From Microgenomates group bacterium Gr01-1014_16 (lineage in GTDB: Bacteria > Patescibacteriota > Microgenomatia > CAZETR01 > Amesbacteraceae), in contig VMGA01000002.1 in the NCBI GenBank assembly GCA_007376345.1, positions 8,309 through 72,308 on the forward strand: a stretch of 64,000 nt of DNA, written 5' to 3'. Made by a program: the position numbers and the translations under genes. Shown here in pieces: positions 47,427 through 56,982 of the stretch. Positions within the stretch are counted from its first letter, which is position 1, and every line of letters begins with the position of its first letter. The notes under the pieces are model-generated. The model searched no databases, was not told where the DNA came from, and saw nothing but the letters and a program-made list of their open reading frames with translations.

Positions 47427-48320
47427 ATGAAACCCACAGTCAGCATTGGTATTCCCGCCTACAATGAAGAGGCCAATCTCGGACACTTGCTCTCGGACTT
47501 GCAATCTCAAAAACAAACCGGTTTCAAACTCCAGGAAATCATTGTATCCTCTGACGCCAGCACCGACCAAACAGTAAGCATAGCCAAGAAATATTCTGGT
47601 TCTGGGGTCAAAATTTTGGACAACCAAGTTCGTCAAGGTCAAGCCGCCCGCCAGAACCAGATTATCGATCTGGCAAATTCCGACGTTCTTGTTTTGTTAA
47701 ACGCTGATATTTTAATCGAAGGTCGGGATTTTGTCTGGAGGTTAATCCAGCCCATAACAAACAATCATGCCGACCTCACTTCAAGTAATCTCCTGGCCCT
47801 TGCACCCAAGACTTTTATGGGCCAAGTCTTGTTTCATTCCCTAAAGCTTAGAAACGAAGTCTACAAAAAATATCATTTGGGACAAAATATTTATACTTGT
47901 CATGGCGCCGCCAGGGCGTTCTCCAAGAATCTGTACCAGAATTTTAGGTTCCAAAACAGCGTAGCAGAAGATGCTTACTCCTACCTTTACGCTATTTTCA
48001 AAGGATATAAATATCGTTATGTCGCAGATGCCATAGCTTACATTAGATGGCCAGAGTCGTTAATCGATCACGAGCGCCAAAGCTTGCGTTTCTTTCAATC
48101 TCAAAAAGTTCTCTCGTCCCAATTCGATCCCCAATTCGTCAGCGATCAATATAAATTACCGCCACTTGAGGTACTTAAAACCGTCGTCAAATTTTACCTT
48201 CAATATCCTATTCACGCTCTTGCCTATTCATTTATATTTTGGTTTATGTTTTGCAAATCATTTTTCAAACGGCCCATGGACACCTGGCAATCGTCTGTTA
48301 GTTCTAAGATTCTCAAGTAG
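47427..48320 (+). CDS. Glycosyltransferase family 2
   Basis: VSIGIPAYNEEANLGHLL...IIVSSDASTDQT...LLNADIL contains the GT2 DxD-type motifs. Confidence 0.8.
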   Translation: MKPTVSIGIPAYNEEANLGHLLSDLQSQKQTGFKLQEIIVSSDASTDQTVSIAKKYSGSGVKILDNQVRQGQAARQNQIIDLANSDVLVLLNADILIEGRDFVWRLIQPITNNHADLTSSNLLALAPKTFMGQVLFHSLKLRNEVYKKYHLGQNIYTCHGAARAFSKNLYQNFRFQNSVAEDAYSYLYAIFKGYKYRYVADAIAYIRWPESLIDHERQSLRFFQSQKVLSSQFDPQFVSDQYKLPPLEVLKTVVKFYLQYPIHALAYSFIFWFMFCKSFFKRPMDTWQSSVSSKILK

Positions 48321-48321
48321 T

Positions 48322-49122
48322 ATGAACAAACTTATCTTAGCCAGAAAGATTATCTATCCCGGATTGGGGATATTAGACAGCGTCCTTTTAAGACGCCCCG
48401 AAGGTATTACTATTTTTTGCTACCACAGCATCTCTTCAGACTCTTGGCGCTTTAGTGTGACTGCTCAAGAGTTTAAAAATCAGTTGGACTATCTTCTTAG
48501 CCATTTGCACCCAATTTCCCTTTCAGATGTCCATCAATATCTAAATAGAAAAAAAGAAATCTCTTCTCCTTCTTTCGTTTTAACCTTCGATGACGGATTT
48601 AAAGACTTGATGAGCGTAAAAGAACACGTCAAAAAATTAGGTATTAAGCCGACCATATTTGTTTTATCCCATCCGCAAAAAACCAACAAAACGGAATTGG
48701 GAACAAGTCAAGATTTATTAAAAGATAAAGATGTTTTTGCGCTTCATAAATCCGGTTGGGAAATTGGCTGTCACAGCGCTACCCACCCAGACTTTTTTTC
48801 CTTAACAAGTACAGATTTGAAGGAGGAAATAATTGAATCCAAAAAAACTTTGGAATCTAAATTAAATCTTCCTGTCGAGTACTTTGCTTACCCCAAAGGC
48901 CGATATTCACCCGCCGTTCTGGCCGCAGTTCAAAAAGCCGGATACCAGCTAGGTTTGACCATGGACGACGGGATTATTAGCCGAAATACAAACCCGCTCC
49001 TCTTGCCTCGGGTCGGTGTTGATGGTTCTCATTCGTTTGCCGAATTTACCTCATCTTTTTCCCCATCGGTTGTCAAATTGAGGGGAATGTTAAAAAGACG
49101 TAAAATAGGCCTTAATATATGA
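48322..49122 (+). CDS. Polysaccharide deacetylase (NodB homology domain)
   Basis: LTFDDGFKDL (the TFDDG motif) and GCHSATHPDF (the His-His metal site). The start is at MNKLILARK, just after the upstream stop. Confidence 0.75.
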   Translation: MNKLILARKIIYPGLGILDSVLLRRPEGITIFCYHSISSDSWRFSVTAQEFKNQLDYLLSHLHPISLSDVHQYLNRKKEISSPSFVLTFDDGFKDLMSVKEHVKKLGIKPTIFVLSHPQKTNKTELGTSQDLLKDKDVFALHKSGWEIGCHSATHPDFFSLTSTDLKEEIIESKKTLESKLNLPVEYFAYPKGRYSPAVLAAVQKAGYQLGLTMDDGIISRNTNPLLLPRVGVDGSHSFAEFTSSFSPSVVKLRGMLKRRKIGLNI

Positions 49123-50309
49123 CCAAATCGCATCGCGGTTCCATTGCGGTAGTCTCCAAATATTTTTACCCGGTTGCCGCCGGCATCGAAGTTAATGTTT
49201 TGGAAACTTATTCTGTACTCGCCGGTCTAGGTTGGGATGTGACCATATATACTTCTCGCGATACTCTGACCGAAAAAAGTGTCCTTCCACAAACGGATAA
49301 TATTCGGGGATTAAAAGTTATCCGTTACCCGTTTGCCAACGACTATTTTGGATACGTTCCCGAGATCAACTGGAAATCGGTGGACGTCGTATGTCTCCAT
49401 AATTTTAACGTCTTTCATTTCTGGATACTGCTCTATGTTGGTTGGTTCAAACTTCTCGGCCGCAAAAAATTTGCCCTGATTGTCACTCCACACGGCGCTT
49501 TCAACCCGGAATGGTCGATATATCCCAAATGGAGCATGGCTTTTCCCAAACAGCTCTACCACTACATTATCGGGACATTTTTTATGAACACTGTGGCAGA
49601 TAAAATGCGGGCTGTTTCCAATTGGGAAAGACAGGAGATCATCAACAAAGGAGTCCACCCTGACAAGGTCGAGGTTATCAGCAACGGCTTGGAGGATGAG
49701 GCTTATCAGGACATTGACAGTTTGGCTAGTTCACAAATTAAAGATCGAGTTAAAAAAATAGGTCGATACTTAATTCAAATTGGTCGCGTTTATCCCATAA
49801 AGAATTATGAAACCGTCATCAAGGCATTGCCAGACATACCTTCAGACGTTAAGTTTATAATAGCTGGTCCAATAGAGAGCAATTACAACGACACTTATTA
49901 CGCAGCCCTAAAAGATTTAATATCCAATCTCCATCTAGAAAATCGGGTAATTTTTTGGGGAGTAATTCGTGGGGTTGACAAATACTACCTCATTAAACAC
50001 GCCCAAATGATGGTCCACATGGCGCTGTGGGAAAGTTTTTGTAACGTCGTTCACGAAGGCATGAGCCAGGGTCTTGTTTGTATTGTGGCCAACAACACTG
50101 CTCTCCCGTATCTTGTTAAAAACGGTGTTAATGGCTATTTAATTGATACTCATGACTATGTCTCTCTAGCCAGAAAAATAAATTACACATTGGATCCAAA
50201 AAACTCTCGCGAAATTAAATTAATCCAAAGTTATAACACTAAGCACGGTCGGGACAATTCATGGCGTCAGGTGGCGCTTAAAATGGACAAGCTATACAAA
50301 AATTTATGA
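49119..50309 (+). CDS. Glycosyltransferase family 4 (group 1)
   Basis: IQIGRVYPIKNYETVIKAL...MVHMALWESFCNVVHEGMSQGLVCIVAN is the GT4 E...E region. It has an ATGA overlap with the upstream gene. Confidence 0.75.
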   Translation: MTKSHRGSIAVVSKYFYPVAAGIEVNVLETYSVLAGLGWDVTIYTSRDTLTEKSVLPQTDNIRGLKVIRYPFANDYFGYVPEINWKSVDVVCLHNFNVFHFWILLYVGWFKLLGRKKFALIVTPHGAFNPEWSIYPKWSMAFPKQLYHYIIGTFFMNTVADKMRAVSNWERQEIINKGVHPDKVEVISNGLEDEAYQDIDSLASSQIKDRVKKIGRYLIQIGRVYPIKNYETVIKALPDIPSDVKFIIAGPIESNYNDTYYAALKDLISNLHLENRVIFWGVIRGVDKYYLIKHAQMMVHMALWESFCNVVHEGMSQGLVCIVANNTALPYLVKNGVNGYLIDTHDYVSLARKINYTLDPKNSREIKLIQSYNTKHGRDNSWRQVALKMDKLYKNL

Positions 50310-50914
50310 AAAAACTCATCTATTCATTATTCCCCCTATACAGGTTTTTTTACCATCACCTTTCCATGGCCAAAATTAATGTGTACATGATGATTTTGGG
50401 GATGAAGATCAGATACCTTGGTCATCACTGTAGAATATATTTTGCCAATATGACCGAGCCCTACAATGTCTCAATCGGCCACCATGTCCATATAAACAAA
50501 AACTGCGAAATTATTACCACCGGCAGCCCTGTCGAAATCGGAAATTATGTCATGATTGGTCCAGGCGTCACTCTTGTGGCCCAAAACCACGACGTTTCAG
50601 ACTGGTCGATGCCCATGATTTTTAGCAATAAATACATTCGGGGAAAGGTTAAAATTGCTGATGACGTTTGGATAGGCGCTAATGCCACCGTCCTCTCCGG
50701 AGTCACGGTCAACAGGGGCGCAGTCATCGCGGCGGGAGCCGTCGTTACCAAAGATGTGGAGGCTTTTTCAATAGTCGGCGGCGTCCCAGCCCAAAAAATA
50801 AAAAGTCGTTTCCCTGTAGAAGTTATCAAAAAAGCTCATAAGGTAAACTTTAATAGTTTTGAAAACGCCGATATGAACTGGCGTAAATGGGGAGTGGGCA
50901 ATTATGCAAATTAA
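50306..50914 (+). CDS. Hexapeptide-repeat (left-handed beta-helix) sugar O-acetyltransferase
   Basis: Tandem [LIV]GxxxxI hexapeptides are present, for example IGNYVMIGPGVTLVAQNH and VWIGANATVLSGVTVNRGAVIAAGAVVTKDV. The pattern resembles WbbJ or maltose acetyltransferase. Confidence 0.7.
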   Translation: MKKLIYSLFPLYRFFYHHLSMAKINVYMMILGMKIRYLGHHCRIYFANMTEPYNVSIGHHVHINKNCEIITTGSPVEIGNYVMIGPGVTLVAQNHDVSDWSMPMIFSNKYIRGKVKIADDVWIGANATVLSGVTVNRGAVIAAGAVVTKDVEAFSIVGGVPAQKIKSRFPVEVIKKAHKVNFNSFENADMNWRKWGVGNYAN

Positions 50915-50926
50915 AAAAAATCAATT

Positions 50927-52456
50927 ATGAAGTATTTTCTATTGATCTTTTCTTTCATCATTCTCACGTTAAGCATCGCTGGGAGATGGGGGAATCCCTC
51001 CATTTCTATGCTAAACGATTCCGCCTCTCCATATACCAATGTCTTCGAGAACTCCTCACCACGGGCCAGATTTGCCCTAATCTATTCAATTCTTGAAAAC
51101 CGCTCTTTAGTATTTTCTTTACCTTTGGCCAAGTTCTCACTGCCTGACTTGGCAGTTCATGATGGTAATTATGTCTCTTTGTTTGCTCCGGGGACATCTT
51201 TTCTAGCACTACCGGGTTATGTAATAGGTAAAACCTTAGGGGCCTCACAGCTTGGTACTTACTCCATAGTCTCGATTTTTGCCATCCTCAATGTTTTTCT
51301 CATTTACCTTTTTCTACGAAATTTAGAGGTCAGCCCTTTAGCTTCTGCCTTAGCCGGTCTAATATTTCTTTTTGGCTCACCAGCATTTGCCTACTCTGTC
51401 ACTCTCTACCAACACCACTTTTCTACTTTTCTCCTCCTTGCAGCCTTACTCCTGGTCCAGCGCAAAACAAACTTTTTATCCTTATCTGTTGTTTGGTTTT
51501 TATCCTCTCTTTCCATTCTCATAGATTATCCCAATCTTTTTCTTATGGCTCCGGTAGCTTTATTTGCCCTGACTCGTTTGATAGACGTAAGCCATCTTAA
51601 AAGCCGATTAAAAATAAGCCTTCGCCCCTGGCATCTATTAACTTTTGTTGCAGTCATCCCTCCGCTTTTGGCGTTTCTGTGGTATAACAACTCAGCCAAT
51701 GGTGGCCTGTTTCGTCTCTCCGGCTCTTTGCGCCGCGTTGAAGCTATTGACCTCTCGGGTCAGCCCACTACCCCACGCCTTCTTGAACAGGGTCAAATTG
51801 AAAATTTTATCCAGTCTAACCCTGACAAAAAGAACACCGTAAATTTCTTCCGTACCCGCCGCCTCCTTGGTGGCTTTTACACTCATTTTATGAGTCTAGA
51901 CCGAGGTTTGATATTTTTTTCTCCAGTATTAGTTTTGTCAATTATTGGGGTCGGGATTCTAAATCAAAAAAGAAACCAACTATTAAACGTTCTTCTAGGA
52001 GTGTTGGGCGCCAATGTCATCATCTATTCCCTTTGGGGTGATCCCTGGGGGGGGTGGGCATTCGGTTCTCGGTACCTCATACCCAGCTACTCTATCCTGG
52101 CCATATTTTTGGGTATTGGTCTAGGACATTTTCATCGCCGTCTTTTAGTAATTTTACCGTTCCTGGTTCTTTCAGTCTACTCAATTGCTGTTAATACTCT
52201 TGGAGCTATAACGACAACCAACAATCCACCTCAAGTGGAAGTTCTGGCACTTGAAAAGGTCACTGGACGAGAGGAAAAGTACACCTGGGAACGAAATTGG
52301 GATTTTCTGATAACCAACGGCTCCAAGTCATTTGTCTTTCAAACTTATGCCAAAAATTATTTGACTGCCCCGCAATACTTTTACATTATCTCATGGGCGA
52401 TTGTCTCCGCGGTAATTTTACTTACCTATCGGCTTTACAGTTATGATAGTCCTTGA
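50927..52456 (+). CDS. Polytopic membrane protein, GT-C fold glycosyltransferase-like (ArnT / PMT / GT39-83-like)
   Basis: A 509-aa ORF with more than 10 TM helices and a periplasmic loop early. No catalytic motif could be assigned by eye. Confidence 0.4.
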   Translation: MKYFLLIFSFIILTLSIAGRWGNPSISMLNDSASPYTNVFENSSPRARFALIYSILENRSLVFSLPLAKFSLPDLAVHDGNYVSLFAPGTSFLALPGYVIGKTLGASQLGTYSIVSIFAILNVFLIYLFLRNLEVSPLASALAGLIFLFGSPAFAYSVTLYQHHFSTFLLLAALLLVQRKTNFLSLSVVWFLSSLSILIDYPNLFLMAPVALFALTRLIDVSHLKSRLKISLRPWHLLTFVAVIPPLLAFLWYNNSANGGLFRLSGSLRRVEAIDLSGQPTTPRLLEQGQIENFIQSNPDKKNTVNFFRTRRLLGGFYTHFMSLDRGLIFFSPVLVLSIIGVGILNQKRNQLLNVLLGVLGANVIIYSLWGDPWGGWAFGSRYLIPSYSILAIFLGIGLGHFHRRLLVILPFLVLSVYSIAVNTLGAITTTNNPPQVEVLALEKVTGREEKYTWERNWDFLITNGSKSFVFQTYAKNYLTAPQYFYIISWAIVSAVILLTYRLYSYDSP

Positions 52457-54041
52457 TATCCCCATTACTCCCATTCGAAATTTTTTCAACAAGTACGTTT
52501 TTTGGTTGATCACCATAACTCTGACGATTTTCTCGATCTTTTATTTTCTCAATTATTATTTCAACGGTCTGGGTCTGGCCTATAACGACGCCCGGTCGCA
52601 CCTCGATATTGGCAGAAGGGTTGTTGAGAGTCTCAAACCGGGACTGGCCCAACTGGGTTCCGTCTGGTTGCCCCTCACCCACTTGCTCATGGTTCCTACC
52701 GTTTGGAATGACTTTATGTGGCATTCCGGTCTGGCCGGAGCCATCCAGTCTATGGCCGGCTTTGTCGCCGCCGGCCTCCTCATTTATAAAATTCTGGAAA
52801 AACTAAGAGTTGGAACTCTTGGTCGTCTGGTTGGAGTTGCTGTCTTTGTCGCCAACCTCAACGTTTTGTATTTGCAATCTACGGCCATGACCGAACTGCC
52901 GCTTTTGGCCACTATGACCGCCGGCTGTTATTACCTCATCAAATGGCACCAAACCGACAATATTTTAGACGTCATCAAATCCGCCTTCTGGATCATGCTC
53001 TCTTCACTCATCCGTTACGACGGCTGGTTTTTATTTTTAGCCGCCGCCGGTTTGATTTTTGTCCGCCAGCTAAAGAAAAATGGCTACAAAACTGCCGAAG
53101 GCGCCATGATCCTATTCGCCACCCTGGCCGGCTTCGGCATCGCCCTCTGGTTTCTCTGGAACCAGTTAATTTTCAAAGATGCTCTCTACTTTGCCCTTGG
53201 TCCCTTTTCCGCCCGCGCCCAGCAGATCCAGTTAAGCAACGCCGGCAACCTGCCCAGCAAGTACAACCTCTTCCTGTCCACTAAAATTTATCTGTACGCC
53301 CTGTTTTACAACTCCTATACCCTGCCTGTCTTTTTGGCCCTGGCCGGCTTGGCTGTTCTCCTCTGGGACCGCCGCTTGCACTTTGACCTGCGTCTCTCTA
53401 CTTTGTCACTGCTCACGCCGCTTGTTTTCAACATTATTGCCATGTTTTTTGGTTTCTCCGTACTTTTTGTCCAGGGCATTTCCGGAGACACCTGGTTCAA
53501 CATCCGCTACGGCATCATGCTTGCCCCCGCGGTAGCGGTTTTTATAGGTATATTGATCGACCGGGTCAAATCCTTGCGTCCGGTGATTATCGGCCTTTTA
53601 GCCTTCGTTTTATTCTTCGCTTTTGCCAACCAGGACGCGGTCACAATTGACGACGCCCGTGTGGGATCCAGCCAGAAAAACGTTTCCGAAGTCGCTTCAT
53701 ATCTGGCCAAAAACGCCGCAGACCAGCCCGGCTTTATTCTCATCTCCGTCGCCTCTCATGACGCCATTATTTTCTCATCCGGTCTGCCCATATCCCGCTT
53801 TATCCACGAAGGCACCGGCGCCTACTGGACAGCGGCTACAACCGCTCCCGACCGCTGGGCCCGCTGGATCATCATGCGTACATATGACGACAACGATTTA
53901 GCCTGGAAATTCGTCTCCAAATCACCGGGCTTCAGGTTCTATTCTCTAGTGAATCATTATCCCTTTGCGGACGTCTACGAAATAGATCCGTCTCTGGTCG
54001 GCCAACTCCACACCGAACCGGTTTTCAAGAACCAGAAGTAA
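52443..54041 (+). CDS. Second polytopic GT-C-like membrane glycosyltransferase candidate
   Basis: A 532-aa ORF with more than 10 TM helices and the loop motif YNDARSHLDIGRR. The C-terminal PVFKNQK is encoded by a 20-nt stretch that is duplicated at 54729-54748. Confidence 0.4.
   Translation: MIVLDIPITPIRNFFNKYVFWLITITLTIFSIFYFLNYYFNGLGLAYNDARSHLDIGRRVVESLKPGLAQLGSVWLPLTHLLMVPTVWNDFMWHSGLAGAIQSMAGFVAAGLLIYKILEKLRVGTLGRLVGVAVFVANLNVLYLQSTAMTELPLLATMTAGCYYLIKWHQTDNILDVIKSAFWIMLSSLIRYDGWFLFLAAAGLIFVRQLKKNGYKTAEGAMILFATLAGFGIALWFLWNQLIFKDALYFALGPFSARAQQIQLSNAGNLPSKYNLFLSTKIYLYALFYNSYTLPVFLALAGLAVLLWDRRLHFDLRLSTLSLLTPLVFNIIAMFFGFSVLFVQGISGDTWFNIRYGIMLAPAVAVFIGILIDRVKSLRPVIIGLLAFVLFFAFANQDAVTIDDARVGSSQKNVSEVASYLAKNAADQPGFILISVASHDAIIFSSGLPISRFIHEGTGAYWTAATTAPDRWARWIIMRTYDDNDLAWKFVSKSPGFRFYSLVNHYPFADVYEIDPSLVGQLHTEPVFKNQK
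54021..54040. repeat. Direct repeat copy 1, gttttcaagaaccagaagta. Its partner is at 54729-54748
   Basis: 18 of 20 nt are identical between the copies. Each copy encodes a C-terminal PVFKNQK plus stop. The copies flank the HEPN/MNT cassette. Confidence 0.75.
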
Positions 54042-54063
54042 CTGACCGTGGTATACTCAACTC

Positions 54064-54447
54064 ATGAAAGACGAAGCTAAAATCTGGTTGGAGCAAGCAG
54101 AAGACAGTCTAAAAGATGCCGAATATCTTTATACAGGATCCCGCTACTCAATGGCCGTTTACTGCTGCCATCAGGCCCTCGAAAAAATCCTTAAAGCTTG
54201 CATAATCCAGTTTGCTAACCAGCTTCCTCCAAAATCGCACAATCTCGACGCTCTTGCCCGTCAAACCACGCTTGAGTTTCCTGATAGCTGGCTGGAAGAC
54301 CTAGCCGAAATCACTCACCATTTTTGGCGCGTCCGTTATCCGGACTTCCAGAAATTTGTTTACACCTCCAAAGAATCAGTCAAGCCTACCTACGATAAAA
54401 CTAAAGAGGTTTTTATATGGATAAAACAACACTTACCACAGATATAA
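54064..54447 (+). CDS. HEPN domain protein (HepT-like toxin candidate)
   Basis: MAVYCCHQALEKILKACII...PKSHNLDAL is the HEPN pattern (QA.EK.LKA....H.L). An Rx4-6H-type RVRYP...H region is also present. Confidence 0.6.
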   Translation: MKDEAKIWLEQAEDSLKDAEYLYTGSRYSMAVYCCHQALEKILKACIIQFANQLPPKSHNLDALARQTTLEFPDSWLEDLAEITHHFWRVRYPDFQKFVYTSKESVKPTYDKTKEVFIWIKQHLPQI

Positions 54448-54749
54448 AAAAATACTTGGACAAGCTGGGAAAATTTGTTTCTATTGACGAGGCTATTATG
54501 TTCGGTTCTTCGTCAACTGGTACGGCTGGAGGTGACAGCGATATTGACCTACTGATCCTTTCCCGTGATTTTTCCAAATATGACCCGGATACAAGACTTA
54601 AAATTATCTACCGGGCCAGTGTGGGATTTCCTTACGACCTACACGCCTACGGCGTAACTCCGGAGGAATATGCTTCCGCTTCTTCTCTCACAACTTTGGG
54701 GGCCATTAGATCCACAAATCCTACACCCGTCTTCAAAAACCAGAAGTAG
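54417..54749 (+). CDS. Minimal nucleotidyltransferase (MntA-like antitoxin candidate)
   Basis: IMFGSSSTGTAGGDSDIDLLIL is the GS...SDIDL NTase motif. It overlaps the HEPN gene by 31 nt. Confidence 0.6.
   Translation: MDKTTLTTDIKKYLDKLGKFVSIDEAIMFGSSSTGTAGGDSDIDLLILSRDFSKYDPDTRLKIIYRASVGFPYDLHAYGVTPEEYASASSLTTLGAIRSTNPTPVFKNQK
54729..54748. repeat. Direct repeat copy 2, gtcttcaaaaaccagaagta
   Basis: See copy 1. Confidence 0.75.
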
Positions 54750-54758
54750 GTGGAATTC

Positions 54759-56012
54759 ATGAAAAAATTTCTTTCGTCACTGATAATTCTATTTCTTGTT
54801 TCTGTTACTGTTACTGTGCCCGCCGAAGCCGCAGGCGAAGGCCGGGCTGTTTGGTGGCAGTTCCAATCCATCGACACTATGAAATATTCCCGGGACATAG
54901 CCCGTGAAAAACTCAAGGATTCCTCTTTTGACACCTCTATTGATTTGCAGGTCAAAAACATCGCCGCCACCGGCGCCACTCATGTAGCCATTGCCACTCC
55001 ATATGACGAAGAATTTATTCCTTTTTTGACCCGCTGGGTAAACGCCGCCCGCAAACACAAGCTCAACATCTGGTTCCGCGGTAATTTTTCCGGTTGGGAA
55101 AACTGGTTTGACTATCCGGAAATTTCTCGGGAAGAGCATCTGGCCAAAACCAAAACCTTTATTACCAAAAATGCCGGATTATTTCAAAACGGCGACGTTT
55201 TCACAGCCTGCCCGGAGTGTGAAAATGGCGGACCGGGCGATCCCCGCCAGACAGGAGATGTAGAAGGTCATCGTCAATTTCTTATAGACGAATTTGTGAC
55301 CACCCAGCAGCTTTTTCGTAACATGGGGAAAAATGTCCGGTCTAATTATTTCTCTATGAACGGCGACATGGCCAAAGCCATCATGGACAAAGAAACTACC
55401 ACTGCCCTCGGCGGTATCGTGACTATCGATCATTACGTCGCTTCACCCCAAAAATTGGTCAAAGATATCCAAAATCTTGCCCATCAGTCCGGAGGTAAAA
55501 TAATACTAGGTGAATTCGGTGCCCCGATTCCGGATATTCACGGCTCAATGTCCCAGGACCAGCAGGCTAAATGGCTGAATGACGCTTTCAAGCTTTTAGT
55601 TTCCACTCCGGAATTAGTCGGCATTAATTATTGGACCAACGTCGGCGGGTCCACCCAGCTCTGGACAGAAAACTATGAGCCCAAAAAAGCCGTTGATGTC
55701 GTTACTTTCTATTTCTTTCCCAAAACCGCCCGAGGCATCGTGAATGACGTTTTCGGTTCCACCATAAAAAACGCACAAGTTTCTTCATCACATAAGACTG
55801 TTTATGCCAACTCAGCCGGAAATTTTCAACTACCATATATTGACTCCTCCGATCCTCTTTCCGTGTCTGCCAAGAATTATATCTCCAAAGAATACAATAA
55901 TTACTCAAGTGATAAAAACATCGAAGTTTACTTATCTCCTATCCGAAAAGGAATACTTTTTAGACTCAAACTCTTGACTTATAGGCTTCTTGGTCGTAAA
56001 ATACATGGTTAG
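54759..56012 (+). CDS. Secreted TIM-barrel glycoside-hydrolase-like protein (GH5-like, tentative)
   Basis: A signal peptide (MKKFLSSLIILFLVSVTVTVPAEA), and IILGEFGAP (a GExG nucleophile-like region) with CPECENGGP upstream. The assignment is by pattern only. Confidence 0.35.
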   Translation: MKKFLSSLIILFLVSVTVTVPAEAAGEGRAVWWQFQSIDTMKYSRDIAREKLKDSSFDTSIDLQVKNIAATGATHVAIATPYDEEFIPFLTRWVNAARKHKLNIWFRGNFSGWENWFDYPEISREEHLAKTKTFITKNAGLFQNGDVFTACPECENGGPGDPRQTGDVEGHRQFLIDEFVTTQQLFRNMGKNVRSNYFSMNGDMAKAIMDKETTTALGGIVTIDHYVASPQKLVKDIQNLAHQSGGKIILGEFGAPIPDIHGSMSQDQQAKWLNDAFKLLVSTPELVGINYWTNVGGSTQLWTENYEPKKAVDVVTFYFFPKTARGIVNDVFGSTIKNAQVSSSHKTVYANSAGNFQLPYIDSSDPLSVSAKNYISKEYNNYSSDKNIEVYLSPIRKGILFRLKLLTYRLLGRKIHG

Positions 56013-56514
56013 TGAAGCTAAAACTTCTGTTAGCTTCTGCCCTTTTCTTTGTCGCTTCGGCGACTTCTGCTGTACTTCCCCTTCCGGATCCGTCAAAGTC
56101 AGCTACGATTCCGGCATTCATGGCGTTCCCGGCGACTTGGGTGAGTACATCGGCAGTGATATCGTCTACACCGTCTCCGATACCACCCTAGTTCAGTGCT
56201 TTTGTGCCGTTTCGGGTTCCGGTATCCAAACCAACTGGTGGAGGGACAACAGCCTTTCCCAATCTCAAATCGACCAACTAGTTAGTGACGGCTGGATCTA
56301 TATTCCCGATGGTTCTGCCTGGGGCCTGGATTCTGTTCCCTATCTGGCCAAAAACAGTAGCTATAATTGTGACGGTCCGGCAGCTGCCGGGGGCGGACAG
56401 GTGCTTGGTTTAGCTACAACCGGTAATTCAACTCTTCTCTACACCATGCTTGCCCTCGGCGGATTAACTCTTATTCTGGCCATTCTCTCCCGCCGCCGGA
56501 ATCAACGTGCTTAA
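56012..56514 (+). CDS. Sortase-substrate-like surface protein whose signal peptide and body lie in different frames (possible frameshift or pseudogene)
   Basis: A GTG at 56012 opens the frame (M)KLKLLLASALFFVASATSAVLP, a clear signal peptide, which stops at about 56192. The overlapping ORF in the 55990 frame carries the body and the C-terminal sorting signal LATTGNSTLLYTMLALGGLTLILAILSRRRNQRA (LPXTG-like, hydrophobic, basic tail). A CCCC run at 56079-56082 is a candidate slip site. Confidence 0.35.
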
Positions 56515-56959
56515 ACTCCTCTCATTATTCTTCTTTGCTTGTTCGGCCTTTCTTATCTGGCAGCGTAATGTCCCATTACCCCCAGCGCCAGTTCCAACTT
56601 CACTTTCTCAACCTGTTTCACTCTCTTTACCGGAGCTGGGCATTTCTCTTCCGGTTCTGACAGAACCCCTTACACCCAAAGGCGTCACCTACGAACCTCA
56701 CGGTAACAACCTCGTCTTCTACGGCCACAACTGGCCAAATATTTTAAAGCCCTTTCAAAAAGCCCGGGTCGGCCAAACAATCATCATTGGCTACGCCGAC
56801 GGGTCGTCTAAACACTTCGAAATCAAAACTCTCTCCGTCGTCTCCGGCACTGATATTTCTGTCTTACAACCTACAACTTACAACCAACAACTAATTTTAT
56901 ATACCTGCACCGGCTTTCTCGACCGCGACCGCCTCGTCGCCACCGCCACCCCGATTTGA
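56507..56959 (+). CDS. Sortase family transpeptidase (short form)
   Basis: An N-terminal TM anchor, VFYGHNWP (His), LILYTCTG (the TLxTC catalytic Cys) and DRDRLVATA (Arg). It overlaps the substrate-like gene by 8 nt. Confidence 0.6.
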   Translation: MLKLLSLFFFACSAFLIWQRNVPLPPAPVPTSLSQPVSLSLPELGISLPVLTEPLTPKGVTYEPHGNNLVFYGHNWPNILKPFQKARVGQTIIIGYADGSSKHFEIKTLSVVSGTDISVLQPTTYNQQLILYTCTGFLDRDRLVATATPI

Positions 56960-56982
56960 CACCGGTGCCATAATTACTTCAC

